From Eledone cirrhosa (taxonomy: Eukaryota), in the NCBI GenBank assembly GCA_964016885.1, contig OZ024740.1, positions 74,772,001 through 74,836,000 of the forward strand: a stretch of DNA of 64,000 nucleotides, read 5' to 3'. The position numbers were made by a program, and so were the translations under genes. The notes beneath the pieces are model-generated. The model saw nothing but the letters and a program-made list of their open reading frames with translations. It was not told where the DNA came from and did not search any database. Positions 27,379 through 43,495 of this stretch are shown piece by piece. Position 1 is the first letter of the stretch; every line of letters starts with the position of its first letter.

Positions 27379-27736
27379 ATCATCTCTACCTATCCCATAG
27401 GCCCAAGCACCCCCTGGATCTTCTCAATGGTAGCAGTCACTTTGAGAACCTCTGCGTTAACTGATTATCTAGTTTTGGTGTCGGGGTGATGGTTTCGCAT
27501 GTGAGAAAGGAGCCGTGCGATTTGGAATGGCTGATGCAGCCATTGCTTGTTTTCTGCCGTAACATTTTTGCCACCTTGTTGGTAGTGCATATCTGAGATA
27601 CACTGTCCAGTCAAGCAGTGTATAGATTGTCCCGCTCCTTGCTTTCTGCCTTTCTTTTCCTCACGTTTGTAAAATGTATTTTTTCGTAGAAGTTGTTAAA
27701 TTGAAACAATTTCAATTTCAATTATTCCCTCCACCC

Positions 27737-28091
27737 AATTTCAGACACAATAATAGCCCCCCCCCCCCCCACGTGCTTATTAATTTTTCAGATCCCTCCC
27801 ACTTATTAAATTTTGCTAATATATATCTCCCCAGCGAAATTTTGTTTTAAGTGGTAGCATTCCTGCTACAATTTATTTTCTTTATACATTAACAAACATT
27901 ATACATGACAAAAAAAAGTACATTACTACAAACAAATCCCATACTTTATAAAATAAATAGGATGGGTTGGGATCTAAAACTAAACGACTAATTCTGTTTT
28001 TAAAAAAAATCAAGGAAGAGAACCTAGAAAAATTACCGATTTTCCATTCTTTGCTTATTCCCCTCTCCCTATTATTTGGGACCCGAGAGTA
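27737..28091. mobile_element. pogo/Tc1-like MITE
   Basis: End CTATTATTTGGGACCCGAGAGTA; similar to 34955-35332; repeated at ~44690-45044. Confidence 0.6.
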
Positions 28092-29339
28092 ACTACAGAT
28101 TATTTTATCTTTCACACCGGGGTCAATTTTGTTTTCTCGCAACTTTCTTAGAAATCTATATTTTATAAATGAAACTTTAGCCTACTACAAACCAAAAGTG
28201 AAAGTATTCAGTAAAATTATTGGAGGGAAACTCTCGCGTCTCCAGGGTTTATAATTGAGTAGTCAGGTCTTCTGCTCTTTGCTTTCAGTAAATAAAAATA
28301 TTAATGAAAGGAACTATAAATCATAATGGAAGTATTAAAATATAAAAAAAACTATTTATCAACATATTCCTAATACTACTTCATGTAGAATGCTTTTTTT
28401 TCAAAACTAGTTGGTAGTTGCGTTTTGGATGCTGGTAGTGCAACCGCTTGTAACTAGCTTTACCACTGTTTTTGATTTTTCTCTCTAACATTTAGAGTAG
28501 TTCGTTAGACAGACATTCAGGGATTTACCATTTATCCGTCAACTTTGTTTTACCAAATATTCTAATTCCTTACGGATGCAACATTATTATCCTTCTTACA
28601 ACCAACTTTGATAGTGACAGTAATTGAGGATAAATTAGTTCTTGTCTCACTACATTTTTAGCCTACTAAAAAACATTCATTTCACTAACATCTTCACACA
28701 GAAAACTTTGCTGCATACATTTTGTAACATCTTCAAACCAATAAAAAAAATTATTTTTGTATAAAAACTACGCCTTCTGATATATTTTTTTCTACATCTC
28801 CATCTTCCTAAAGTGGCAATCTTGCTAAAAAGTGATAATGACTACTAAAAAGTAAATTATTATATATTTTATATTTTATCTGCTGTAAAATATCAAAATA
28901 ATCATTAAGGTTGAATTAATCCTTTTGAAAAATTGTACGTTTCTGTAAGCTTATGAAAAGTATTCATAATATTAATAATTAGAGATGAAAATATGCGATT
29001 GCCTCGAAAGTCAATTATGAAACGACGTACTTAAGAATTTTTCCCCATACATCAATGATTTATAATCTCTGACATAAAGAATATTAAAACACATAATTTG
29101 TATCTATCCATTTAGTAAATTCCATTGATTAAATTGCTTATGTTTGTTAAAATATGAAAGTTGTAAATAAAATTAAATGCTCTTTTCTTTTGCATTTTCT
29201 TTAACTTTTAAACTTTGTCTTTCATCCTTACGGGGTCGATAAAATAAAGTACCTGTAATGCACTGGGTAATTGCTGGCCTTGTGCCTAAAGTAGAAACAA
29301 TTATTTCTTAATGTCTTAATATTTTCTTGTTTTGGTAGA

Positions 29340-29492
29340 ATGATCCTGTGGTACTTCATGTCATTTGTGCTGGTGCTTCTGTCATTGACTGAAAGTGGAG
29401 AAGGGAAGACTCTTGACGAATATTTAAATCGATGTTTACATGGACGTCACCATAAACAGAAACCTGGCCCTGAAGATTCTCTACATAAACAG
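29340..29492 (+). CDS. FOLR: FOLR copy 1 coding exon 1
   Basis: MILWYF...KPGPEDSLHKQ; acceptor AG at 29337-29338, donor GT at 29493. Confidence 0.93.
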
Positions 29493-32400
29493 GTGAAAAC
29501 ATAGCTGAAAACTATTTCTTAATTTGATCTTTTATGTGTCTTTATATAGGTGGTGAATTGGTAGAGTCATCAAAGACCAAATGCCTTGCAATATTTGTTC
29601 CAGGTTGGTGGATTAGCAAAATTTGTAGAGTCAAATAAAATGTCATTGTTGTATTTGTTGTGGCTCTTCACATTCTGAGTTCAAATCTTGCTAAAGTCAA
29701 CTTTACCTTTCATCCTTACGGAGTAAGATGCAATTAAAAGGGTTGATCCCAGGAAGGGCATCAAGCTGTAAATTATTGTCTCAAAACATCCCATCTAACC
29801 CATGTCAACATGAAAAGAGTCTATGTTAGCCATCTCAATGTTTTTTTTATCTTTCTACAACTGCAATTAACTTTAAGATTCTTTGATTGATTCATTTATT
29901 TTAGTGCACTCCATGGAAGAATCGGGCTTGTTGTCAGGAAAATGTTACGAAAGTAGTTCATACTGGGACTTTATACAACTTTAATCTTCATCACTGCAAA
30001 CAACTTTCCCCACCTTGCCTCCAACATTTCAACCAAGACTTATGCTTCTATGAATGTACACCAAATGGTGGACCTTGGATTCATAAGGTTAGTTATTTTT
30101 TGATTTATAAGCTATACATTTTGAAACTGGTTCATTGTAGGCAGTGAATTTGCAGAGTTGTCAGAGTGTAGGACAAAATGTCTTCCTGTAATTGTTCTGA
30201 CTTTCTTAGTTCTGAGTTAAAATCCTGCTTAGGTCAACTTTATCTTTCATCGTTTCTGTATCAATAAAATAATGTACTGATCTAGGGCAACGGATTGGCA
30301 GAATTGTTCCAGCTCTTTGTATTTTTAATTCAAATTCTGCTGTAGCTTACTTGGGTGATAGACTTAATCCCTCATCCTGTTTTAACACCATCACTTGGCT
30401 CTTAGTTGACTTTAACAGAGTTCACTCTATTGCAAGCTTACAGACCAGGTCTTCAGTTTGAGGATACATCATCATCATCATCATCATCGTTTTACGTCCG
30501 TTCTTCCACGCTAGCATGGGTTAGACGGTAATTTCTTCCTTTCTTCCTTTCTAATCACTCAAATAAAGAAGGCCTAAAAAGGGCCCTGGGCTCTGCACTT
30601 CTCTTCCTGACTAAATAGTAAAAAAAGAAATTAGTGTATCAGATATTGTTGTTACAACATATTTGGTGGGGCCCTGCTAATTATTTTCCTATTGATCAAT
30701 TCAAGTATAGTTTAGATTCCATGAAAATACTTTTAAACACAAATATTTTCTAAAACGATAGTTTCAAACTGTCTTTGGTAACAAGTAAAATTTTTTTGTC
30801 ATTGTGTTTCATGAAGGCAGTGGTGGTGGTAGTGGTGGTGCTACTGCTGATGTCATCTAAATGTTCTCCTATGAACAACACAATAACAAGGAATTATTAG
30901 ATTATTTAGAAAGCAAAAATGATGTATAAGTAGAATTTGTGCCTCATTTAAAGACACTATGTGTTGTCTATTGAATAGCTTTAAGCAATAGTGACAATTG
31001 TGAATGACACAAAGAAAAAAAGGTAGAAGCTTATCTTTTAGTGCCATCTCATAGAAATATAAAACCACATCTATTTAAATTGTTTCACTGACAGGAATCC
31101 AAAATGAAAATACGAAAAGAAAGATATTTTGAAATTCCACTTTGTGAAGATACTTGTCAAGAATGGTGGAATAGCTGTAAGGATGATGAAACTTGTAGTG
31201 AAAACTGGGCACGAGCTTTCAACTGGACAACAGGTAAATCTTTCATATTTGTTCAATGGCATGGGTTGTATGGATCTGCTGTTTCATATTTCATATTTAT
31301 CAGGTCAAAACAAACTACTTCTTATTCAGGTATCTCATCACCTGTCCTCATGATCTAGACCTCCAAAAGAACAAGACTGCTTTTAGACCCTGTGAGAAAT
31401 TCAAGTAAGCTGCAAGGCCTTTTTGAAGGACAAGGGAGTGCCAGATATTGACAGGCCCCTCTTTGGCCATCTATGTACAAGCTACTCACCCCTCATGTAG
31501 GTTCTGTTCATGACTATTTTCACCTAGGTCATACCCTCCATTTATGTCATATGTACACATAAGAGTGGATGTAGGATGGCCAAATTGGTAAGAAGTTTGC
31601 TTTGGACTCATATGATCCTGGGTTCAATCCCACTGCTTGACATCATGGACAAATGTCATTTACCAGAACCTCAGATTGATTCAAACCTTATAAAGTAAAT
31701 GAAAATTTCTCAGAAGCTTGTTTAATGGATTGTACCAGTTTTTCAAAGAGCTTACCTAAACACACTGTATCAAATAAGTAGGGTTGGCATCAGGAAAGGC
31801 ATCCAACCCATCCCTGCATGGAAAAGCAAATCTGAAAGTGATAGAAACAACATTGACAATTGTAAAACCACAGTTTCTAGTTTGTTATTAGAGTCATTGT
31901 TTTACTTCCATTTTTTCATGCCTGCACAGGCTGGATGGAACTCCACGTGATATTAAATGACTGAGAATACATGACACTTCTTTTGGATAGGATATAATTC
32001 TGCTGCTAGGCTAACCTGCAGCTGCTGCCGGCACTCATTTTCATTTGAGTGAACTGGAGCAACCTGAAATAAAGCACCTTTCTCATGTACACAATGCATT
32101 ATCCAATCTGGGAATTATGAGCTCAACATCCCTAACCTCTTGGTTGCATGCCTTGACAGTTTCTTATAAACAAATTTAAAAAAAAATCTTTTTCTGTATT
32201 CCACTGAGATTCATGACTGTTGTTCTTTAAAACCCTTTTAATGTTTTTCATTACAGGAACAAATACTTGTATACATGGAACTAAATGCCGAAAATTTTCA
32301 GAAGTATTTAAGACAGCTACAAACTTTTGCCAAAAAGTTTGGGACCATTCTTGGAAAGTAGTTCCTAAACAACCATGTTTTACTTTTTGGTTTGATGAAA

Positions 32401-32519
32401 ATGGAAGAAATCCAAATGACAAAGTGGCATACCAAAAGGCCCTTGAATTAACATCAGGAAGTTCTTACTTAAAGTCTTACAGTTATTTTTTGTCAATTTT
32501 ATTATTAACATATTTGTGA
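29340..32519 (+). CDS. FOLR: Folate receptor family protein, copy 1 (245 aa; exons 29340-29492, 29905-30087, 31095-31233, 32257-32519)
   Basis: GT-AG spliced ORF of 738 nt: signal peptide, HHKQKPGPED, CTPWKNRACC, QDLCFYECTPN, RKERYFEIPLC, NWARAFNW, FCQKVWDHSW, NPNDKVA, 16 Cys, hydrophobic GPI-type tail. Intron positions match vertebrate FOLR. Confidence 0.96.
29905..30087 (+). CDS. FOLR: FOLR copy 1 coding exon 2
   Basis: CTPWKNRACC...GPWIHK flanked by TTAG and GTTAGT. Confidence 0.95.
31095..31233 (+). CDS. FOLR: FOLR copy 1 coding exon 3
   Basis: ESKMKIRKER...NWTT-G flanked by ACAG and GTAAAT. Confidence 0.95.
32257..32519 (+). CDS. FOLR: FOLR copy 1 coding exon 4
   Basis: TNTCIHG...LLLTYL-stop; AATAAA at 32598 and 32612. 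Confidence 0.95.
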
Positions 32520-33229
32520 TGGAACTTATTAAAAACAAATCATGATATAATAACTATTACATCCTTTCAAAATGCAAAACATTTCTACTTTTATATAAAT
32601 AAAATTGTCTGAATAAAGAGTTCAAGATTCAAATAAGATACTTTGTTATATTACTTTCAGCCCTTTTCCTTCTAGTTCAACTGTGATGGTATTGGTATTA
32701 AGCTGTATCAGCCCTTGCCTTTTCCTTGGACAGTATGGTGACTGCTGACCTTTTACAAAAGCAAAACAAATAAACAAAAAACTACTTGTTCAGGCCTGCA
32801 CTTTGTAGAGGAACTTTCCAGGTGTAGATCTATGGTAGCTTGAGACGTGGATGCCCCAGAATAACCCAGGTTTATCAATGTTTAAAATTCCTCTTGATGT
32901 TAGCCAAGAAAGACGCCTCTATGCAGTATCTCAATTTACTAGAAATAACAGCCAAATTACCCTCGAACGACACTCCACTACTTTAGAAACTGGAAGGATG
33001 CATTAGATACAGGCAAAATATGGTATGGCTGTGGCTAGAATACCTTTGGCTATATGTCTACTTACTTGATCAGGGCTTTACCTGGAACTAACAACAACAA
33101 TCAGTGTTTTGTAATGAAAATTTACGAGAACATTAAAGCACAAGTGAACACAAAGAAGCTACCAAACATCAAAGATACTGATAGATATCTAAAGATGTCT
33201 AAATTCTAAAGTCTGTCACAAGCCAGGAA

Positions 33230-33485
33230 GCTCATTAGGCCAGTACTTGTCCTGGTTTCCTTGGTGTGAAGTGACTGCGACTACAAAATTCCAACCTGGA
33301 CAGGATGCCAGTCTATCGCAGGGTTAAACCCCCAGCTACTGTTGGTACTCATTTTCAGCTGAGTATATTGGAGCAACGTGAAATGAAGTGTTTTGCTTAA
33401 GAAAACAACACACAACTCGGTCCAGAAATCGAATCCATGACATCATGGTTGTGAGTACAACAACCTAATCACTAGGCCATGGGCA
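33230..33485 (-). mobile_element. SINE of a second family
   Basis: GGTACTCATTTTCAGCTGAGT...GGAGCAACGTGAAATGAAGTG body with a tRNA-like head at the right end; related piece at ~32030-32150. Confidence 0.55.
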
Positions 33486-33869
33486 TTCACACAAATAGAT
33501 ATATGTAGGTATAAATATGCTAGTATTTATTATTTAACAAGTTGAAAAGACGGCAGATGTTACAACTTAAAGCACTACATAAGAGTAATAAGGAAGAAGG
33601 CTGTAAATTATTCTGCTCATGGCCTGTATTTGAATTTAAATACTTAAACAAAAAGTCATTAGTGTTATTGACTGAAAATAGCAATGTTCTGGATCCCCAA
33701 ATGAACACACATGCGCACACACACACACACTATATATATATATATATGTGTGTGTGTATACTTGTGGCAGTATGAGTTTGTGCAAGTGATTTTCAGAGAT
33801 GTCAGGAAAATCAGTTTGTAATGTGAGTAATTTAGTATGAAGGTATGGTTCTTAGCCCCCCCCCCCCCC

Positions 33870-34220
33870 TTTATTACAGCTCTCAGGGCAGTAAAAGAGG
33901 AATTTAAGACGAGTTTTTCATAGAAACTTACATATGATGATGACCTAATGCTTATAGCTAAATTATGTGCAAGATATGGAAGAAATTCCAGAAGTGTAAA
34001 AAAAAAAAAAAAAACTAGACCCGAAAGACTTAACTATGACTAAAGTTTTAGTAAGTAGGAAAGAAGATAGAATCTTGCTACCATCTTGGAAATTACCATG
34101 CTCGACATGCAGAAAAAAAGTAGAAGGGGTTTCCATACTATGTACTTAATGTAAAGGAAATGTAGTGGATTCACAGATAGGTTGACAGAAAAAGTACTTT
34201 GTGGAAAATAGACAGGAGTA
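33870..34220 (+). mobile_element. RTE LINE RT remnant
   Basis: TYDDDLMLIA, TKVLVS and PCSTCRK motifs; repeated at ~51070-51420. Confidence 0.55.
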
Positions 34221-34537
34221 CTATATGGAATCAGTAAAACAATTCATTTGCTTGCAACTATGTATGTATGTCATCCCAGTTTCCTGAGTTGCCTTCTCCT
34301 AGAAGAATGCCCTGACAAAGTAGTTACCGATGATGTTGATCTTTTCTTCTTTTCGGGTTATAACTACTGTCGCTCAGAGAGTGGGATTGGCTCAGTGCAC
34401 AGTCTTTCCTCACTTTAAAAAATATCTTCACGCACAGGCATTGCACGATAGAATTAATTGATAGTTATTAATAATGGTATATTGTGCAATAGCCATACTC
34501 GATAACGAGGGGGCAGCCATCATGTAATGTATGTATG

Positions 34538-34585
<48 letters not shown>

Positions 34586-34954
34586 CGTTCTTTCGTTCGT
34601 TCGTGCGCGCAATGTGTGCATGCGTGCACGTGTATAAATGCTGCTTCTGTGCAAATACGACATCGATGTGTGAATGTATATATATATGTGAAAATACACA
34701 TACGTATATACATACATAATACATACATACATGTACAATATAAACACTCACACACATATAAACACAGCTGTATACATAAATACATGGTTATGTTTGTCTA
34801 TCGAATTCACAGATGACCATCCTCTCGATCAGTTGTAGATCCTTTGGTAACTGTACATCTTAAAGAGCACTAGTAACGGAAGACAACAGTATGGGTAACT
34901 GGAGAATCGTGACTGCTGCAGTCTATGTTACACATACTGTGTGCCTTCACCACA

Positions 34955-35332
34955 CACTCTCGAGCCTCGAATAATGCCCCTCCCCCCGCTTATTAATTTT
35001 TCCAATTATTCCACCCCGCTCTTATTCAGCACCCACCCCTCGTTTATTAAATTTTGCTAATCTATCTCCGGCGAAATTTTGTTTTAAGTGGTAGCATGCC
35101 TGCGATAATGAATTTTCTTTCGACATTAAAAAATATTACACACGATAAAAAAAACAAAAAAACATTACAAGAAATCTCATGTTATAAAGTAAATAGGATG
35201 AATTGGGGCCTTAATTTGTAAAGTAAACGACGAATTCTGGGTTTCAAAAAATCAAGGGAGACAACCTAGAATAATTATCGATTTTCCACCCCACCGCTTA
35301 ATCCATCCCCCTATTATTGGAGACCTGAGAGA
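34955..35332. mobile_element. pogo/Tc1-like MITE
   Basis: Imperfect TIRs CACTCTCGAGCCTCGAATAAT / ATTATTGGAGACCTGAGAG; copy at ~52159-52536. Confidence 0.6.
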
Positions 35333-35378
35333 AGGAAACTACGGAAACAGATGTATTTCATCTGTTGGAACCACAACA

Positions 35379-35560
35379 ATAATTGTTTCTACTTTTGGCA
35401 CAAGGCCAGCAATTACCCCAGTGCATTACTGGTACTTTATTTTATCAACCCCATAAGGATGAAAGGCAAAGTTAACCTCGGCGGGATTTGACCTCAAACC
35501 GCAAAGGGCTGTAACTCTTTGTTGCAAATCATGTTGTCCGACCCTCTACCGATACTGCCA
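35379..35560 (-). mobile_element. tRNA-derived SINE
   Basis: Same family as 11770-11956; copy at ~52583-52764. Confidence 0.8.
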
Positions 35561-36595
35561 GATTTAAGAAACCACAACCCACAAACGTACAATCGCAGTT
35601 TTAAATATCTTTGTAGACAGAAAAAAGTATTGGGATTGTTTTAACGAGTTTTATTTCTACTTATAAATTCATTGAATGACAAGCTCTCAGTATTACGAAC
35701 ATGTGGTCAAAATGTCTAAGGAAAGAATTGGTGGACAGATTTTACAGGAAAAAACCACCCGGTAGGTGACCCAGGTGGGTAGATTCTGAGCAAGGTGGTT
35801 GGATAAACTCCCTGATCTCGGCTAGTTACGCTTAGAGATCCAACCGGATCAATTGGATACAGTTGCTCCTGAATATGTGGGCGAAGAAGACAAATACCCT
35901 TATTTCGCTGTCCACGAAATTTATAGCTATTTATATCAAACACACGACACACAAATACGCGTACATGCACTCACACACACACACACACCCATGTACACAC
36001 ATACACGCACGCACACATACACACAAACTTGGTATTCGTATTGTTACATATTTCAAGGGAGATCACTCTAATGCTATATATATATATATATATATATATG
36101 TGGAAGCTTAGTAAAATCGAAGCTTTGGCTGTGGGCAAGCAAATCCTCTGGTTAAGGGGAAATAACTCAACATATCCAGTATAGATAAGTTTTCATTATA
36201 GATATATATATCGCTTCTTAATGGATGTATCAAGGCTATATGGTTTCTATGTAATTATACTATCAGTGTCTTTGATAGTTTTTAGCCAGTATTGGCCCAT
36301 TCCTATATATATATATGCTCGCGGTCTCTCTTACATACATACATGGACCAAAATATAACTGAACTTGGATTTGTGGACAAAGAGCGCAACTCCCTAATTT
36401 ATAGATTACAAATGGCTGCGATAGCTGGCACCTTCAAAATTTGCAGAACATTCTTGCGATTCAAGGGATGACAATTTCTTTTCTTTTACAACCTTGCTAC
36501 CAGGAAGGTGGCCGGTCAAAAATGTACTCGAAATTAAGTGTATATACATACATACATTCAGAAATTCAAAATGCAATAATAGATAACGCCCATAC

Positions 36596-36683
<88 letters not shown>

Positions 36684-36939
36684 AAAGATATAAAACCAGA
36701 ATAGCATACACATATATACTTATACTCTGCCACATTTGATTCGCATATAAGTTCTTTATTTATGTATTTTATTTCTACGTGGATTCTGATGGTAGTACCT
36801 TTTCAATCGACAGAGAAATGCGTAAATAAAACATGTTTAGAAGATTATATACATAAAAGTATCTGTTTGCGTGCACATTTCTCGCAGCTTCGTTTAACTC
36901 CTGTACTGTATGTATATGCATATGTAGAGCGGAGCGAAA

Positions 36940-38780
<1,841 letters not shown>

Positions 38781-38837
38781 ATAACGCTGAGCTGGAGTGT
38801 CTACTTACTACATCAACATCTAACTTTAATATATATG

Positions 38838-38901
<64 letters not shown>

Positions 38902-40113
38902 ATCAAAAGATGGTTAAAAGAGTTCCATGTATTTTATTATGCGCATTTCAAAAACAAATATCATCATGTAATAACATTTGTGTTTTCGTCAGATAAAATA
39001 GGAAGACATGATATGAAGGTTAAAATACACTTGTGAATAGTGCAATTTTAAATCAACATATGAAAAGTAGTTTTAGATTGATATGTGATATTGGGAAAAC
39101 ATTTTTTTTGAGGGGTTGGGGGGTTGGAAAGGATGAAAAAGAGGAGGAGATGAGAGTAAAAAGTGGAGCGGGAGGAGTATAATGAGGAAGGATGAGATAG
39201 GAGGAGAGATGGGTGATAGAGAGAGAGAGAGATAGCTTTTATAACTGAGAAAAATATATTGTTTTACATAGAGAGGTTGAAAAACCGTTGGAAGATAATA
39301 TATAAATTAAAAGAATTTGAAAATTAACGAAGAGAAAAATAATGTTAAGTTAAGGTTTGTATATTGAAGGGTTTAATAATATGTGCGATGAAAAGAAATT
39401 GTTAATATGTATTAAGAATAATATTTAAGGGTTTAATAATATGTGCGATGGAAAGAAAATGTTGATATGTATTATTAAAAAAATGTAAAAATATAGCAAT
39501 AGTAATGTAAGTAAGGATATATTGTGAAAGAAGTAGAAGATTGGATGAATAAGTTAGATGAGCATGAAAGGGAGAAAAAAATAATGAATTGAGGATGAAT
39601 AATCTAACGTAAAAAAAAATGTTTATGTTTACGAAGGATTTTTTCAAGGTGATATAAAGTAAGAATATATTGTACTGTGTAATAATTGTTTCTATGTTAG
39701 GCACAATGAGAAAAGGTACAGATTAGGGGTTAGAAATTAAAAGAAAAAGAAAAGAAAAGGAAAAGGAAGAAAGGGAAGTGATAAATAGGAGTGATATAGA
39801 ATGAGTAACTAGTATATATATAATGTATAATAAATAACTTTGAAATAAGGTAGAAAGATGGGTATATTTTAAAAGAAATATATATGTATATATATATGTG
39901 CCTTTGAGAAAAGGATTTTAATTGATAAAGTATTAGATATTAGCTGTATACTTTATGGAATGTTCTGTGGAATTTATGCAAGCAGAGAGAAAAAAAAAAT
40001 ATATATATATACGTCAATACTCATCTTTTTCCATTTATCTGAGGGTTCTAAACCCCATTATCAGACTAAAATTTCTTTAGTAAAAAAAATACGGTGAAAG
40101 CTATTCTATTTTC

Positions 40114-40236
<123 letters not shown>

Positions 40237-40348
40237 TAGATAGATAGGCCGATTAACTCACTCGATATGCAAATTAGGCTGCTCAGCCGTTAATATGCAT
40301 AAGGAAAGTATATACTTTCAGACGTTCAACCATCTGGCAGGAAGGTAT

Positions 40349-40391
40349 ACGTTGCTGATGATCGTTAATAAGCTTGAAACTAGTACAGCGT
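40349..40391 (+). ncRNA. Minimal hammerhead ribozyme copy
   Basis: ACGTTG-CTGATGA...GAAA-CTAG-TA-CAGCGT; stem II weakened. Confidence 0.65.
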
Positions 40392-40594
40392 TCCTTTGTC
40401 AGTGTTGAACAAATGAGCAACGATGGTTGCTAGACACTGTACGGCTTAATTCGGGATGTTTGTTTACAAACACACCGAGCATTATAATAAATGTTCGGTG
40501 AATCCATATGTACATATATATATATGTGTGCATGTATGTATATATATACATACTACTGTACGTCTGTATACATATATGTATGTACGTATACATA

Positions 40595-40715
<121 letters not shown>

Positions 40716-40783
40716 ATGTTTATATATATAAATGAAAGGATTACAAAGGAGAATATATACTGTCAGAACATGTTTATATAAAA

Positions 40784-40824
40784 GCACCTACGTACGTTTC
40801 GCCCGAAAAGGGCTTCTCAAGGGC
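40784..40824 (-). ncRNA. Minimal hammerhead ribozyme, U3-A8 variant
   Basis: Identical to 23811-23851. Confidence 0.7.
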
Positions 40825-41003
40825 ATAGAAAACTACAGAGTGTTCAGTACAGGACCCAGAAGGGGTTTTAAAGTGATACATACATCAAAGTTCATTCTTA
40901 GTTCAGACATACGCGTTGTTACTGACACAGAGCAAGGGGAGTAACTCTGGCCGGTGTTTGAATAATTGTCCCCCAAAACAGTCAATAACTATTGTATAGA
41001 GAA

Positions 41004-42452
41004 CTAGCATTAAAGCCCGGCGTTGCTCGGGGTCATTAAGTTACCAAAGTTAGGTTGCAGCACTTTTTTGTCTGCCAGGCACTGGGTGAATGAATTGCAG
41101 ACCTGGAAGCATGAGCTGCGCCAGCAGTGACAATTGTAGTTTCGCCTATGGATATTATCTCTGTGCAAAAAAGTGTTGAAATTTATTGTTTCACAGTACT
41201 TGCGCAACACGCGAGTAGACGATGCCAGCCGAACAACAGAGCTGCGATGGAGTTGTTCTGCATGGTTGTCTGTGTGTTTTCTAAATTTAAGACAGTAGGG
41301 AGAGTTAGCTGTTGTTTCTAGCAGGTTTAGTGACCTCATAGAGGATATGTGTTTTCTAAATTTAAGACAGTAGGGAGTGGTGTGATATGAGGGAGAGTTA
41401 GCTGCTGTTTCTAGCAGGTTTAGTGACCTCATAGAGGATATGTGTTTTCTAAATTTAAGACAGTAGGGAGTGGTGTGATATGAGGGAGAGTTAGCTGCTG
41501 TTTCTAGCAGGTTTAGTGACCTCATAGAAGATATGTTTTCTAAATTTAAGACAGTAGAGAGGGGTGTGATATGGGGGAGAGTTAGCTGCTGTTTCTAGCA
41601 GGCTTAGTGACCTCATAGAGGATATGTTTTCTAAATTTAAGACAGTAGGGAGGGGTGTGATATGAGGGAGAGTTAGCTGCTGTTTCTAGCAGGTTTAGTG
41701 ACCTCATAGAAGATATGTTTTCTAAATTTAAGACAGTAGGGAGGGGTATGATATGGGGGAGAGTTAGCTGCTGTTTCTAGCAGGTTTAGTAACCTCATAG
41801 AGGATATGTGTTTTCTAAATTTAAGACAGTAGGGAGTGGTGTGATATGAGGGAGAGTTAGCTGCTGTTTCTAGCAGGTTTAGTAACCTCATAGAGGATAT
41901 GTGTTTTCTAAATTTAAGACAGTAGGGAGTGGTGTGATATGAGGGAGAGTTAGCTGCTGTTTCTAGCAGGTTTAGTGACCTCATAGAGGATATTATTGTT
42001 TATCATCTATATATATAAAACTGACTGCACGCCTAACGAAATTTACAGATACATATATTTTAAATAAACTTATATAATTTTTGCTTTTTTTTACGAAATA
42101 TTTGCTTGTTTTACGTAGTCTTTAAATAGACTTGTTTTCAAGTAAAAATTATTGTGTTAATGTCATTTTAAACGCTGAGAAAGCCAGCGTAATTTTTTTA
42201 ATTTTTGCACGCAGACGCTCAATGTAAACAGAACAAAGGGAAATAACTGATCACTTACGCTCAAAAATCGATACATTATATTCGATTTCGTCAGATAGGG
42301 CGGGTCAATTTGAAATTTTTTTTCCCGATGTCTTTGCTAGGGCTCAATGTACAAGTATAGCAATTTCGGTGCAATTCCGTGAGAGATTCTAAGAGGAGAT
42401 GTGTGCCAAAAATCGATAGACAGACAGACAACCACAGTTTTATATATATAGA
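41004..42452 (-). mobile_element. Non-autonomous Helitron, second copy, with minisatellite
   Basis: Same termini as 24031-25498; 18-bp deletion in the first minisatellite unit. Confidence 0.92.
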
Positions 42453-43495
42453 TGGCACTAGGTAACACGGCCGTACCGTTAACTACATGAGTGGTGGTGT
42501 AGAAGACCTACCGCATAATAAGGGTCACGGCACAGGAAACGTTAGCTGCTGTAGACTACTAGAATTATTCCCTTACTATAGATTAACAATAGCGATGGCC
42601 TATTACCTACACCCTCCAACCAGCGTTTAGCTACAGGCAAACGTAATGGAAGGAAGGCAAGTGCACCTGAGCATAAAGCGAAGGGGACGCGTAATAAGCT
42701 GCAGCACAGTAGCAACAATAATAACGGTTACCTAGCCAACACGACCCGTAGCAAGCCCACAGTTACACGTAACCGCCACCGTAATGTCCTATGGTTCCAT
42801 CCTCCCTACTCTTGGAGTGTGGCTCCGACTTACCCAGGATATTCTTCGAAGCCTTAGAGAAGAATTTCCCACCCAACCATAAATACAGGAAAAACCTCAA
42901 TAAGAACAATATTAAAATATCCTTCTCCACTACACCTAATCTAGCAGACATCATAGAGATGACTAATTACAGTAAGATCACCAAAACACGGCACCTTAGC
43001 ACCGATACGTCTAGATTTTACAGCAACCCTAATAGCCTTAACGTTTTCCTTGCAGCGCCCAATAGTGTTGGCGGTATCCCCAACAGAAGCAACCGACATA
43101 ACTGTGACGAGACTGGGGAGCATGCTGGTGACCTGTACGGGTCACGCGGCAGGACCAGAAGGCGCTGCGGCGTACTAATGAAGCTAAACACCAGAAGCAA
43201 TGTTATGCGGTATATTGCAGCATTTCAGATGACGTCCTTTGGAGCAGAACAAGATCGTACTGACTATGGTTATTTCATATTTAAAATCCAAGGCCAATGC
43301 TACCATTTAATCGGCAGTTTACTCCCCCAGCCTCATAAGGAAGTTTTATGATTGTTTTATGTCTCTCTCTTACACACACACACACACACATTACGTTCTC
43401 ACATCATACAAGGCAACACATCCAATACAGTCGTTTTCTTTTTTATCCATTTTCTCTTAACTATTCTCCCGAGCAAAGCCGGGTACTTTAGCTAG
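42453..43495 (+). mobile_element. Penelope fragment (to 43173) fused to Helitron remnant (43174-43495)
   Basis: Repeat of 25499-26541. Confidence 0.85.
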
